Shown here in pieces: positions 9,620 to 18,339 of a stretch of DNA of 32,000 bases. The stretch lies in contig NZ_JHUX01000003.1 in the NCBI RefSeq assembly GCF_000619845.1, positions 1,360,064 through 1,392,063 on the forward strand, given 5' to 3'. Each line of letters starts with the position of its first letter. Position 1 is the first letter of the stretch. The notes under the pieces were generated by a model, which was not told where the DNA came from, made no database searches, and saw only the letters and a program-made list of their open reading frames with translations. The position numbers and the translations under genes were made by a program. Origin of the DNA: Alkanindiges illinoisensis DSM 15370. Its GTDB lineage: Bacteria; Pseudomonadota; Gammaproteobacteria; Pseudomonadales; Moraxellaceae.

Positions 9620-10954
9620 ATGTTGCCGAAGTCCAGACCCCTGAAAATCTTGGTAATTGTTTTAATTACTGCGCTGGTGGCCGTGTTGGCCTGGAAATTC
9701 TTTAAACCCAAAGAAGAAAAGCCGCAATACATTACTGCCAAAGTCAGCCGTGGCGATATTGAAGAAACAGTCCTGGCCACAGGTACATTACAGGCCGAGC
9801 AACTGGTGAGTGTGGGTGCTCAGGTGTCAGGCCAGGTTAAAAAAATGTATGTCAAGCTGGGCGATCAGGTCAAACAGGGACAACTGATTGCCCAGATTGA
9901 TTCGGTACGGCAGGAAAATGATTTACGAAATGAGGAAGCTGCACTGGATAACCTGCTGGCACAAAAGGCGACCCGTCTGGCCAGTCTAAAAGAAGCACAA
10001 CTGGCCTTTAATCGCCAAAAGCAGATGCTGGCACAGGATGCCACTTCCCGCGCCGAGTATGAAAGCGCACAAGCTACCTTTGAAACAGCACAGGCCAATG
10101 TTAAAGCCATTGATGCACAGATTGAACAAAGTCGCCTCACCATTTCAACTGCCCGTGAAAACGTGGGCTATACCCGCATTACCGCACCAATTGATGGCAC
10201 AGTGGTTGCGATTGTCACGGAAGAAGGCCAGACCGTAAACGCCAACCAGTCTGCCCCAACGATTGTGAAGTTGGCCAAATTGCAAACCATGACCATCAAG
10301 GCTCAAGTCAGTGAAGCTGATGTGATGCGCATTAATCAGGGCCAGCCAGTATATTTCACCACGCTGGGTGAACCCGACAAGAAAATTTATGCCAGCCTGC
10401 GCGCGATTGAACCAGCACCGGATTCAATTGCCACCGAAAGCAGTAGTAGCTCTAGCAGTAGCACCAGCAGCAGTGCAGTTTATTACAATGCCTTGTTTGA
10501 TGTACCCAACCCGGATGGCCAGCTTCGCATTGATATGACCGCACAGGTCTATATTGTGCTCAATGAAGCCAAAAATGTGCTCACTGTTCCTGCCGCTGCC
10601 CTGAGCACTGGACAGGGACGCGGTAAAAAATCAGGTCAGGGCGATGCCAGTAACAATCAGGTTAGTGCCCGCTCCGGCAATGACAGTAATAATGCTGGTG
10701 CCAATACTGATAGTGCCTCAGGCAGCAAAGCCAGCGCCAGCAGCAAGATTGCCAACCGCCGTGCTACGGTACGCGTGCTTGATCAGGAAGGCAATGCCGT
10801 ACCTCGCCGGGTACAAGTAGGTCTGAACAACCGGATTACTGCTGAAATCAAGTCAGGTTTGAAAGAAGGCGAAGAAGTAGTGATTGCTGATAGCAGCGAC
10901 TCTTCCAACAATAGTGCCAAGCGCTCCAGTAACCGTAGCCCGATGAGGTTATAA
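9620..10954 (+). CDS. macA: MacA-family periplasmic adaptor (membrane fusion protein) of a tripartite ABC efflux pump
   Basis: 444-aa ORF with an N-terminal TM anchor (ILVIVLITALVAVLAW), a long coiled-coil hairpin region (roughly aa 95-180), YTRITAPIDGTVV, and AVYYNALFDVPNPDGQLRIDMTAQV, which closely matches the E. coli MacA segment as I recall it. macB follows immediately. Confidence 0.9.
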   Translation: MLPKSRPLKILVIVLITALVAVLAWKFFKPKEEKPQYITAKVSRGDIEETVLATGTLQAEQLVSVGAQVSGQVKKMYVKLGDQVKQGQLIAQIDSVRQENDLRNEEAALDNLLAQKATRLASLKEAQLAFNRQKQMLAQDATSRAEYESAQATFETAQANVKAIDAQIEQSRLTISTARENVGYTRITAPIDGTVVAIVTEEGQTVNANQSAPTIVKLAKLQTMTIKAQVSEADVMRINQGQPVYFTTLGEPDKKIYASLRAIEPAPDSIATESSSSSSSSTSSSAVYYNALFDVPNPDGQLRIDMTAQVYIVLNEAKNVLTVPAAALSTGQGRGKKSGQGDASNNQVSARSGNDSNNAGANTDSASGSKASASSKIANRRATVRVLDQEGNAVPRRVQVGLNNRITAEIKSGLKEGEEVVIADSSDSSNNSAKRSSNRSPMRL

Positions 10955-10957
10955 ACA

Positions 10958-12988
10958 GTGAGTACTGTAAAAACCCATAGCGCGCAAGCTTCATATTCAG
11001 ACAGCATTCCTTTACTGGAGGTAGAAAATCTCACCCGTGAGTTTCCTGCTGGTGAAGGCACGGTCGCGGTACTGAAAAATATTAACCTGCAAATTCATGC
11101 TGGTGAACTGGTTGCCATTATTGGGCAATCCGGTTCTGGTAAATCCACCCTGATGAACATTCTGGGCTGCCTTGACCGTCCTACCCGTGGCAGTTACCGC
11201 GTGAATGGGCAGGAAACTGGCAAGTTACAGCCCGATGAGTTGGCTCGCCTGCGTCGTGAGTATTTTGGCTTTATTTTCCAGCGCTATCACTTGCTGGGTG
11301 ATTTGTCTGCTGTGGGCAACGTGGAAGTGCCTTCCATTTATGCCGGGATTGAGCCATCAGCACGTCAGCAACGGGCGGCACAACTGCTAACCCAGCTTGG
11401 TCTGGGCGAACGCCTGAATCACCGCCCTAGCCAATTATCTGGCGGCCAGCAGCAGCGTGTGAGTATTGCGCGTGCACTGGTCAATGGCGGCGATGTGATT
11501 CTGGCCGACGAACCCACTGGCGCACTGGATAAAAATAGCGGCATTGAAGTCATGCGTATCTTGCGTGAACTGCACCAGCAGGGCCACACCATTATTCTGG
11601 TCACACATGATCCGCAAGTTGCACAAAATGCCAGCCGGATTATTGAAATCAGTGATGGCGAAATTATCGCAGACCGACAAAATACTCCGGTGCATGCCAC
11701 AGAAGACATTCAAACTGAGCCAGTAATTGTAGAACAGGCTGAAAGCAGTAAATCTGTCAAACGCGTATCAGCATGGCGCTCGTCATTTGATCGGCTCGGT
11801 GAAGCTTTCCGTATGGCTTTGCTGGCAATGAATGCCCATCGCCTGCGAACTTTCCTCACCATGCTGGGCATTATTATTGGTATTGCCTCAGTCGTTTCTG
11901 TGGTGGCGCTGGGAAATGGTTCACAGCAGCAAATCTTGCAGAATATTAGTAGTCTTGGCACCAATACCATTACCGTGTATCAGGGCCGGGGCTTTGGGGA
12001 CAATTCCCGCACCAGTCAGGCCAGAACCCTGATTCCTGATGACGCCGATGCCATTGCCGAACAGCCTTATGTCGATAGTGTCAGCCCTAGTGTGAACAGC
12101 TCACAAACCATTCGTTATCGCGATATTGAAGCCAGTGCCACTATTAATGGTGTGGGTGAAGATTTCTTTAATGTAAAAGGCATGACGTTTAATAGTGGCC
12201 AAGGCTTTGACCGACAAAACGTCAAGGAACTGAGTCAGGATGTTGTCATCGATGCCAACACTCAAAACACCTTGTTTCCCAATGGGGAAAATCCGGTAGG
12301 ACAGGTGATTTTGCTGGGCAATGTGCCTTCACGCATTATTGGGGTAACGGCTGCTGAAAAAAGTATGTTTGGCAATTCCGATTCACTTAATGTGTGGATG
12401 CCCTACACCACTGTCATGAGCCGTATTCTGGGTCAGCCCAATTTGCGGAGCATCATTGTGCGTATTAATGACAATGCGCCAACCAGCGCTGCTGAAAATG
12501 CCATTTTAAGCCTGCTGGAACAACGGCACGGCGCACAGGATGTATTTACCCAGAATAGTGACAGTATCCGTGAAACCATTCAGCAAACTACCGCTACCAT
12601 GACCCTGCTGATTTCTGCCATTGCCGTGATTTCCCTGATTGTAGGCGGCATTGGCGTGATGAACATCATGCTGGTATCCGTTACCGAACGGACGCAGGAA
12701 ATTGGGGTACGCATGGCTGTTGGTGCACGGCAGAGCGATATTTTGCAGCAGTTCCTGATTGAAGCGGTACTGGTGTGCATCCTGGGCGGTGTACTGGGTG
12801 TATTGCTGGCACTGGGGATTGGCCAGATTTTTAGTCACTTTGCCGGTGATACGTTCCAGATGGTCTACTCCACCACGTCCATGGTTGCTGCGTTTATCTG
12901 TTCGTCCCTGATTGGCGTGCTGTTTGGGTTTTTACCTGCGCGTAATGCGGCCCAGCTTGATCCGGTGGCTGCGCTTGCTCGTGAGTAA
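10958..12988 (+). CDS. macB: MacB-family ABC transporter (N-terminal ATPase fused to an FtsX-type 4-TM permease with a large periplasmic domain)
   Basis: 676-aa ORF with a GTG start 3 nt after the macA stop. It has Walker [10 protein letters not shown], signature [15 protein letters not shown], Walker [12 protein letters not shown], and C-terminal TM helices flanking a periplasmic domain of about 200 aa. Confidence 0.93.
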   Translation: MSTVKTHSAQASYSDSIPLLEVENLTREFPAGEGTVAVLKNINLQIHAGELVAIIGQSGSGKSTLMNILGCLDRPTRGSYRVNGQETGKLQPDELARLRREYFGFIFQRYHLLGDLSAVGNVEVPSIYAGIEPSARQQRAAQLLTQLGLGERLNHRPSQLSGGQQQRVSIARALVNGGDVILADEPTGALDKNSGIEVMRILRELHQQGHTIILVTHDPQVAQNASRIIEISDGEIIADRQNTPVHATEDIQTEPVIVEQAESSKSVKRVSAWRSSFDRLGEAFRMALLAMNAHRLRTFLTMLGIIIGIASVVSVVALGNGSQQQILQNISSLGTNTITVYQGRGFGDNSRTSQARTLIPDDADAIAEQPYVDSVSPSVNSSQTIRYRDIEASATINGVGEDFFNVKGMTFNSGQGFDRQNVKELSQDVVIDANTQNTLFPNGENPVGQVILLGNVPSRIIGVTAAEKSMFGNSDSLNVWMPYTTVMSRILGQPNLRSIIVRINDNAPTSAAENAILSLLEQRHGAQDVFTQNSDSIRETIQQTTATMTLLISAIAVISLIVGGIGVMNIMLVSVTERTQEIGVRMAVGARQSDILQQFLIEAVLVCILGGVLGVLLALGIGQIFSHFAGDTFQMVYSTTSMVAAFICSSLIGVLFGFLPARNAAQLDPVAALARE

Positions 12989-13061
12989 TGCGACTGTCGC
13001 ATCTTGTAAATTCAACAGCTTCAGGTTAAAGCGCCAGAGCAAAGATGATGAGAATGTAATA

Positions 13062-14501
13062 ATGATATTAAGCCAGAAGTTATGCCAAAAATTTGCCAGA
13101 AGTTCACAGCATCTTGTGCTGTCGGTTGTGGCGCTCTCAGTGCTGGGTGGCTGTTCGGCTGTAGTACGCACGCCATACCAGCAACCCGCCATGCAAGTTC
13201 CAGCTCAGTACTCGCAGCAGAGTCAGGCAACAAATGCCCTGAATCTGGCTCAGTTACAGGATCACTGGTGGACTGTTTTTAATGATGCTGAGCTAAACAC
13301 ACTTGTAGAGCGGGCACTGGCAGCCAACAATGATCTGGTGGTGGCTGGCTTGCGTTTAAGACAAGCGCGTGAGCAGGCAGGACTAACAGCCAACCAGCAA
13401 TTGCCACGCGTGGGTGCTAATGTATCTGCATCGCATCAGGTGGATGTGCGGGACGGTGAAGACAATTCACGCGGTTTGAGTCTTTCCGGTTCGGTGAGCT
13501 ATGAAGTAGATTTATGGGGCAAACTGGCCAGCCAAACCCAAGCAGCACGCTGGGAAGCTGCGGCCACGGAACAGGACTTACAGGCAACCGCACAAAGTCT
13601 GGTGGGTACGGTGTGCAACCTGTATTGGCAACTGGCGTATTTAAATGAACGGATTGCCTCGGGCGAAGCCAGCATTGCCAACAGCCGCAAGCTGTTTCAA
13701 TTGGTACAGGCACAGTACCGGGCTGGTGCAGTGTCAGGACTTGAACTGGCACAGGCTGAACAGTCGCTCGTGGGACAGGAAGCCAGCCAAAGCCAGCTCA
13801 TCCAGCAGCGGGTTGAAGCGCGTAATGCGTTGGCGATCTTGTTTGATGTAGCACCCACTCAGGTATTAAACCAACTGGGTTTTACCGAACCACAGCGTTT
13901 GGCCAACTTCCAACTGCCTGTCATTGATGCAGGCTTACCCGCTGAACTGATTGCCCGTCGCCCCGACCTCACCGCTGCCGAACTGCGCTTGCGCCGGGTA
14001 CTGGCCAATAAAGATGCGACCCGCGCCAGTTATTATCCTTCTATTAGCTTAACCGGTTCCTTAGGTTCCAGTAGCACGTCGCTGACTGAACTCATCAAAA
14101 ATCCGGCCCTGACGCTAGGTGCGGGGTTGTCACTACCCTTTTTGCAATATAATGATATGCAGCGCAATCTGGCGATTAGTGATCTGGAATATCAGGCTGC
14201 CATTGTCGGGTTTCGCCAATCTATTTATACCGCGCTGGCTGATGTGGAAAATGCGCTATCCAATAAAACCCAGTTGCAAGTACAGGCCAGTGCTCAGGAA
14301 CGTACTCTTACTCTGGCACAACGCACCGAACGCTTAAATGAAGTGCGCTATCGTGCTGGTGCTGTAGCACTCAAACAATGGATTGATGCACAGGAAGCAC
14401 GCCGTAATACCCAGAACTCACTGATCCAGATTCGCTTAAATCAACTGAGCAATATGGTGACATTAATGCAAAGCTTGGGTGGCAGTCCGGTTAGAAGTTA
14501 A
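13062..14501 (+). CDS. Outer-membrane efflux lipoprotein (NodT/OprM family OMF) partnering MacAB
   Basis: I place the start at ATG 13062 (MILSQKLCQKF...VALSVLGGC). This gives a signal peptide with a lipobox (LGGC) and avoids the 77-nt overlap with macB that the track's 12912 start implies. The body has the two-repeat alpha-helical/beta-barrel OEP pattern (RPDLTAAELRLR, YYPSISLTGS). It is the third gene of the mac operon. Confidence 0.88.
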   Translation: MILSQKLCQKFARSSQHLVLSVVALSVLGGCSAVVRTPYQQPAMQVPAQYSQQSQATNALNLAQLQDHWWTVFNDAELNTLVERALAANNDLVVAGLRLRQAREQAGLTANQQLPRVGANVSASHQVDVRDGEDNSRGLSLSGSVSYEVDLWGKLASQTQAARWEAAATEQDLQATAQSLVGTVCNLYWQLAYLNERIASGEASIANSRKLFQLVQAQYRAGAVSGLELAQAEQSLVGQEASQSQLIQQRVEARNALAILFDVAPTQVLNQLGFTEPQRLANFQLPVIDAGLPAELIARRPDLTAAELRLRRVLANKDATRASYYPSISLTGSLGSSSTSLTELIKNPALTLGAGLSLPFLQYNDMQRNLAISDLEYQAAIVGFRQSIYTALADVENALSNKTQLQVQASAQERTLTLAQRTERLNEVRYRAGAVALKQWIDAQEARRNTQNSLIQIRLNQLSNMVTLMQSLGGSPVRS

Positions 14502-14587
14502 TTTAGTGCTTTTTATTTTTTAATTTAGCTTTAAATTGTCCAACCGCTTTTTCATATTTTAAAGGTAAGAATTTTAAGGGCAAAAAA

Positions 14588-14623
14588 CAGCCCGGCAGTT
14601 GCTTTTATACATCTGCCGGGCTG
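14588..14623 (-). terminator. Intrinsic terminator of dps. The hairpin may also stop plus-strand transcripts from the mac operon.
   Basis: cagcccggcag (14588-14598) and ctgccgggctg (14613-14623) form an 11-bp perfect GC-rich stem with a 14-nt loop. Read on the minus strand, the stem is followed by TTTTTTG (complement of 14581-14587). It lies 22 nt downstream of the dps stop. Confidence 0.8.
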
Positions 14624-14644
14624 CTGGTCTATAAGACTGGCTCT

Positions 14645-15166
14645 TTAAGCATTCTGATTTGACGATGCATGCTCAGAATCAATATTGGCTTCCAGGAACC
14701 ATAGATATTGATCGAGATCTTCCAGCGCGGCATGAATAATATCTTCAGAGATCGGGTCTTCAATTTTATCAATGGTATCGCGCAGATGGTTCGCTACCAC
14801 GCCATAACGGTCAGCCAGCTCCTTTAAATGTTCCTGTACATCATGGACATCTATAGGATAAGGACTCAGGTGAGAGGTTGCAGCCACTGTCTGGGTTGTA
14901 CCCAGTGCAGTGCCACCAATTTGCACGGCACGCTCGGCCACGTTGTCCAGATGGGTAATCAGGGAAGTTCTAAACGTATCCAGCATTTCATGCACGGCAA
15001 TAAAGTTGCTGCCCCGCATGTTCCAGTGTGCCTGTTTGGTCAGCAATGATAAATCAATCAGGTTGGCCAGAATCTGGTTAAGAATCTCAATGGTGGCTGA
15101 TTTTACAGCAGGGTCAAGATTATTACGGGTATAAACTTTTAATGTTTTTGACATGATAGGGTTCAC
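14645..15166 (-). CDS. dps: Dps-family DNA-protection / ferritin-like protein
   Basis: 173-aa ORF with the Dps ferroxidase-centre region [19 protein letters not shown]...[12 protein letters not shown]. It has a four-helix-bundle length profile and its own terminator. Confidence 0.9.
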   Translation of the reverse strand: MNPIMSKTLKVYTRNNLDPAVKSATIEILNQILANLIDLSLLTKQAHWNMRGSNFIAVHEMLDTFRTSLITHLDNVAERAVQIGGTALGTTQTVAATSHLSPYPIDVHDVQEHLKELADRYGVVANHLRDTIDKIEDPISEDIIHAALEDLDQYLWFLEANIDSEHASSNQNA

Positions 15167-15440
15167 CGATTTTATTGCTGAGCAGAATTTAACAAGGACG
15201 ACCTAAAATGAAGATGTACTTCATGTTCTGTATTCTTTTAAATTAATACAGTGAAGCATTGAGCTGTGTGTCTAATTTTAAAGGTTTTTGTATGGCTTTG
15301 ATTATTATAGTTTCCATATAGAAATTTTCTGTTTTTTAAGATCGTGATTTATTAACTGCCCTGTCCTTCTATAGGAATTACACTATAAACAGGAAGTGAT
15401 TCATACAGTGAAGTTCAATTTAAAAACCCCATATCAAAAC

Positions 15441-16004
15441 TTAAAGCACTTTATAGCCTGCCTTGGGTAAAAACCATTGCATGGCCGCAGTGATCACCGT
15501 AATTAAAAAAACAATTAACAACACCCAGTGTGAGGCATTGAACCGCTCTGGAAACAGCACATAAAAGGCACTTACGCCAATACTGTTGCACGCCACAATT
15601 AAAATGGCGCAGGCATAATCATGGAAGCGGCGTCCACGGTTGGATTTGATCACCCATTTGGCTGTGGTGTTATAACTGGGAATAGACAAATGTGCATTGC
15701 CCAGTTGCTCTAGCTCAGACAAATATTCCCTTAAATTGGTAATAATCAATTCATATTTGAAATTTAAAAACGCAAACGAGGCTGAAGCAACAGGAAAGCC
15801 CAGTAAAATCCATTCAATGTGGGCAGTACTGCTTTTACTGGCATTGTGCGCTGCAATGAGTGCGGCCAGTAAGCCAATAAAAAAACTGATAAAAATGGTA
15901 AGCGCCTGCTGACGCTGTGAAGTCCGCGCATTTAATTCATTGGACGCAGCAATATAACGATAATTGACTGATGCGTAATCATTTTCAAAGCGCGAACTGC
16001 TCAC
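15441..16004 (-). CDS. Hypothetical integral membrane protein (predicted 4 TM). No family recognised.
   Basis: 187-aa ORF starting 29 nt downstream of the fabI stop. Hydrophobic segments are ALTIFISFFIGLLAALIAA, WILLGFPVASASFAFLNF, ACAILIVACNSIGVSAFYVLF and WVLLIVFLITVITAAMQWF, with an amphipathic region of about 50 aa between TM2 and TM3. It is coding-like in length and hydrophobic periodicity, but I recognise no motif. Confidence 0.6.
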   Translation of the reverse strand: MSSSRFENDYASVNYRYIAASNELNARTSQRQQALTIFISFFIGLLAALIAAHNASKSSTAHIEWILLGFPVASASFAFLNFKYELIITNLREYLSELEQLGNAHLSIPSYNTTAKWVIKSNRGRRFHDYACAILIVACNSIGVSAFYVLFPERFNASHWVLLIVFLITVITAAMQWFLPKAGYKVL

Positions 16005-16033
16005 AACTTTTCCCTTTTATTATGTGCTTGGCA

Positions 16034-16864
16034 TTAATCGGTATTCAGCAGGCTTTCACTCATGCCCACTGTATTAAAACCGCCATCGACATAAATAATT
16101 TCACCAGTAATGCCTGATGCCCACGGTGAACATAAAAATAATGCCGCATTACCCACTTCTTCAATCGTGACATTACGTTGTAATGGCGCAATGGACGCAT
16201 TCACATCCAGCATTTTACGAAAACTTTTAATGCCACTCGCAGCTAGCGTGCGAATTGGCCCGGCAGAAATAGCATTCACGCGAATTCCGTCCTTGCCCAG
16301 ACTGCTGGCCAGATAACGTACACTGGCTTCCAGCGATGCTTTGGCCAAGCCCATCACATTATAATTGGGTAGTACACGTTCAGACCCCTGATAGGTTAAG
16401 GTCAGCAAACAGCCCTGACGTGCCTGCAATAGAGGTTTGGCTGCGCGTGCCATGGCAATGAAGCTATAAGCCGAAATATCATGGGCAATTTTAAAGCCTT
16501 CACGACTGGTGATATCAGTAAAATCACCATCAAGTTGATCGGCTGGAGCAAAGCCAATGGAATGCACCACCCCATCCAGACCATCCCAGTGCTGACTTAA
16601 ATCAATAAATGTTTGTTCAATTTGCGCATCATCTGCCACATCACAGGCAAACACCAGGGTAGAACCCATCTGGCTTGCAAATTCATCCACGCGTTTTTTT
16701 AGTTTTTCATTGGGATAAGTAAACGCCAGCTCTGCCCCTTCGCGACGCAATGCCTGCGCGATGCCATAGGCAATCGACAGTTTGCTGGCAATACCTGCAA
16801 CCAGAAAACGTTTCCCTTGTAATAATTTGCCTTGCACCGATGATCCCTGTTCTGCGGATGTCAT
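16034..16864 (-). CDS. fabI: Enoyl-[acyl-carrier-protein] reductase (NADH), FabI
   Basis: 276-aa ORF nearly colinear with E. coli FabI as I recall it: [35 protein letters not shown] (catalytic Tyr-x6-Lys), [17 protein letters not shown]. Confidence 0.95.
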   Translation of the reverse strand: MTSAEQGSSVQGKLLQGKRFLVAGIASKLSIAYGIAQALRREGAELAFTYPNEKLKKRVDEFASQMGSTLVFACDVADDAQIEQTFIDLSQHWDGLDGVVHSIGFAPADQLDGDFTDITSREGFKIAHDISAYSFIAMARAAKPLLQARQGCLLTLTYQGSERVLPNYNVMGLAKASLEASVRYLASSLGKDGIRVNAISAGPIRTLAASGIKSFRKMLDVNASIAPLQRNVTIEEVGNAALFLCSPWASGITGEIIYVDGGFNTVGMSESLLNTD

Positions 16865-16946
16865 ATCAAACCTTATCTGTTCAAAATTATTTATTAAAAA
16901 TCATGCTGGCCATCATAGCAAATTTTTTTGCTGTACCTGCCTAGGC

Positions 16947-17645
16947 TTATTGATAATAGTCATCGATTGGATATTTTTTTACGGTGGTCTGCCATTTATT
17001 GGTGCTCAGGTTATAGGTTTTGGTAGTGACTTTTACCTGCTCACCGCCCATTGCATCTTCAGTAACTTCATACACCAGCTTTAGGCCTTTATTGGGAATA
17101 ACGGCATATTCTGAGGTGACATGAAAACAGCAACCGGATTTGGCAAAAGTCATTAATCGCTTGCGCTTGGCATCGGTTTGAAACATACCCAGATTTTCTG
17201 TTACCAAAGCAGTCAGTTCATCACTGATGACAAATTTCTGGCGGGTTTTATTAAACACATAAACATCATAGGACGGCCCACCATAGCTGCTTTCATTGCC
17301 ATTGCGAATGGCTAAATCCTGCTGGCCGTCAAAGTTGAAGTCCTCAAAAATCAGTGGGCTTTGTTCATTGTATAATTGAATGACATTGACGCTGGGCTGT
17401 TGCTGTTTATCCAGATAAAAATTCAGGTTTTCGGAAGTTAAGATTTGAAAAACCTGCTGCCTGCCCTTTTTATATAGCAAAATTTTGGCGCGCCCAGAAC
17501 ATTCGTCTTTTTCGCATTCAGCGACATCAAGCTGGGCATTGTAGAGTTTAGAACCATTTTTGATCTGGAAGGTGGTGGCATGACCTAACATTGGTACACT
17601 TAGTACCAACACTGACAAGAGTTTAAACATTTTAATGGTTTTCAT
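16947..17645 (-). CDS. Hypothetical secreted protein with an FG-GAP-type Ca-binding motif. Possibly of the XAC2610-related type, with low certainty.
   Basis: 232-aa ORF with an N-terminal signal peptide (MKTIKMFKLLSVLVLSVPMLGHA). It has D-F-N-F-D-G-Q-Q-D at aa 102-110, which matches the DxNxDGxxD loop, and 5 Cys residues (CEKDEC, GCC). It starts 18 nt downstream of the preceding ORF. Confidence 0.65.
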   Translation of the reverse strand: MKTIKMFKLLSVLVLSVPMLGHATTFQIKNGSKLYNAQLDVAECEKDECSGRAKILLYKKGRQQVFQILTSENLNFYLDKQQQPSVNVIQLYNEQSPLIFEDFNFDGQQDLAIRNGNESSYGGPSYDVYVFNKTRQKFVISDELTALVTENLGMFQTDAKRKRLMTFAKSGCCFHVTSEYAVIPNKGLKLVYEVTEDAMGGEQVKVTTKTYNLSTNKWQTTVKKYPIDDYYQ

Positions 17646-17663
17646 TTTAAATTTTTCCGCTAC

Positions 17664-18215
17664 TCAACTGGTTTGTATCCAATAGAACTTATTATTTTTC
17701 ATGTAAATAATACCACCGCCACAAGATTCTAGCATTCCAATATCTATGCCATCATTTTCCAGATAAATTAGTTCGTTTTCAGGCACATCTTCCATGGCAG
17801 GAATATCTCCGTTTTCACCGATTGAAACATTCAGATCAACATATTTTTCATGCTTGGGCGCAATACTGTAAGTTTGAAAAATTGATAAATCATCTTCACT
17901 AAGCCCAGTCAGTGTTTTGCCAGCTAGAAGATATTCCACTCGTGTCTGATTACCAAAAATGATTTCCAGCACATTTTTATGATTTAAAGTGCTTTTCACC
18001 ACTCTTACCAAATCAAGTGCGCCATCACCATTCAGATCCAGTAATAATTTCTGGTCACGAAATGCAGGATCAATTTGCAGATTTGGCTGCGCTAGTGATT
18101 GCTCAAGTAAAGTATTGAGATAAGGCGTATTTCGGGTAGCAAACTCGATCTGGTTACAGCCTGACAATACAATTAATGCAAAAATGTTAAGTGATAAGAA
18201 TTTAAAATTTCGCAT
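17664..18215 (-). CDS. Hypothetical lipoprotein with an FG-GAP-type Ca-binding motif. Apparent distant paralog of the downstream 232-aa ORF.
   Basis: 183-aa ORF with a signal peptide and lipobox (IFALIVLSGC, Cys20). It has D-L-N-G-D-G-A-L-D at aa 60-68, followed by IFGNQTR. The neighbour has VFNKTR at a similar spacing. Confidence 0.65.
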   Translation of the reverse strand: MRNFKFLSLNIFALIVLSGCNQIEFATRNTPYLNTLLEQSLAQPNLQIDPAFRDQKLLLDLNGDGALDLVRVVKSTLNHKNVLEIIFGNQTRVEYLLAGKTLTGLSEDDLSIFQTYSIAPKHEKYVDLNVSIGENGDIPAMEDVPENELIYLENDGIDIGMLESCGGGIIYMKNNKFYWIQTS

Positions 18216-18272
18216 TTTTATTCCAATATTTTTTTAAATTACATTTTATTAGAGGGCTTCAATAAGCTGAAA

Positions 18273-18300
18273 TGCCAGTTTCATTGTTTGAAAGCTGGCA
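18273..18300 (-). terminator. Candidate weak stem-loop / terminator downstream of yejF
   Basis: tgccagtttca (18273-18283) pairs with tgaaagctggca (18289-18300) with one bulged base. It lies about 40 nt after the yejF stop. The trailing sequence on the minus strand is only moderately U-rich. Confidence 0.35.
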
Positions 18301-18339
18301 ATTTACATTAAATGTTTTTCAGTCCAGTTTAAAGAAAAA

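Noticed and set aside
9595-9780. 61-aa minus-strand ORF overlapping the macA start
   Set aside because: It is antisense to the macA N-terminal TM-anchor coding region, and I see no independent support for it.
12989-13001. 13-bp perfect palindrome tgcgac-t-gtcgca immediately after the macB stop
   Set aside because: It is short, with at best a 5-bp RNA stem and a 3-nt loop, and no U-tract. It could be a minor intercistronic structure, but the evidence is too weak to call.
12912-13061. The longer N-terminal extension of the outer-membrane factor ORF (track start 12912)
   Set aside because: That start would overlap macB by 77 nt and add 50 non-signal-like residues. The in-frame ATG at 13062 gives a canonical lipoprotein signal (…VLGGC).
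15208-15246. Mini-ORFs on both strands of the dps-upstream palindrome (MKMYFMFCILLN on plus, [11 protein letters not shown] on minus)
   Set aside because: Both arise simply because the palindrome arms contain ATGAAG/CTTCAT. Neither has a Shine-Dalgarno, and they are very short. I treat the palindrome as a possible operator instead.
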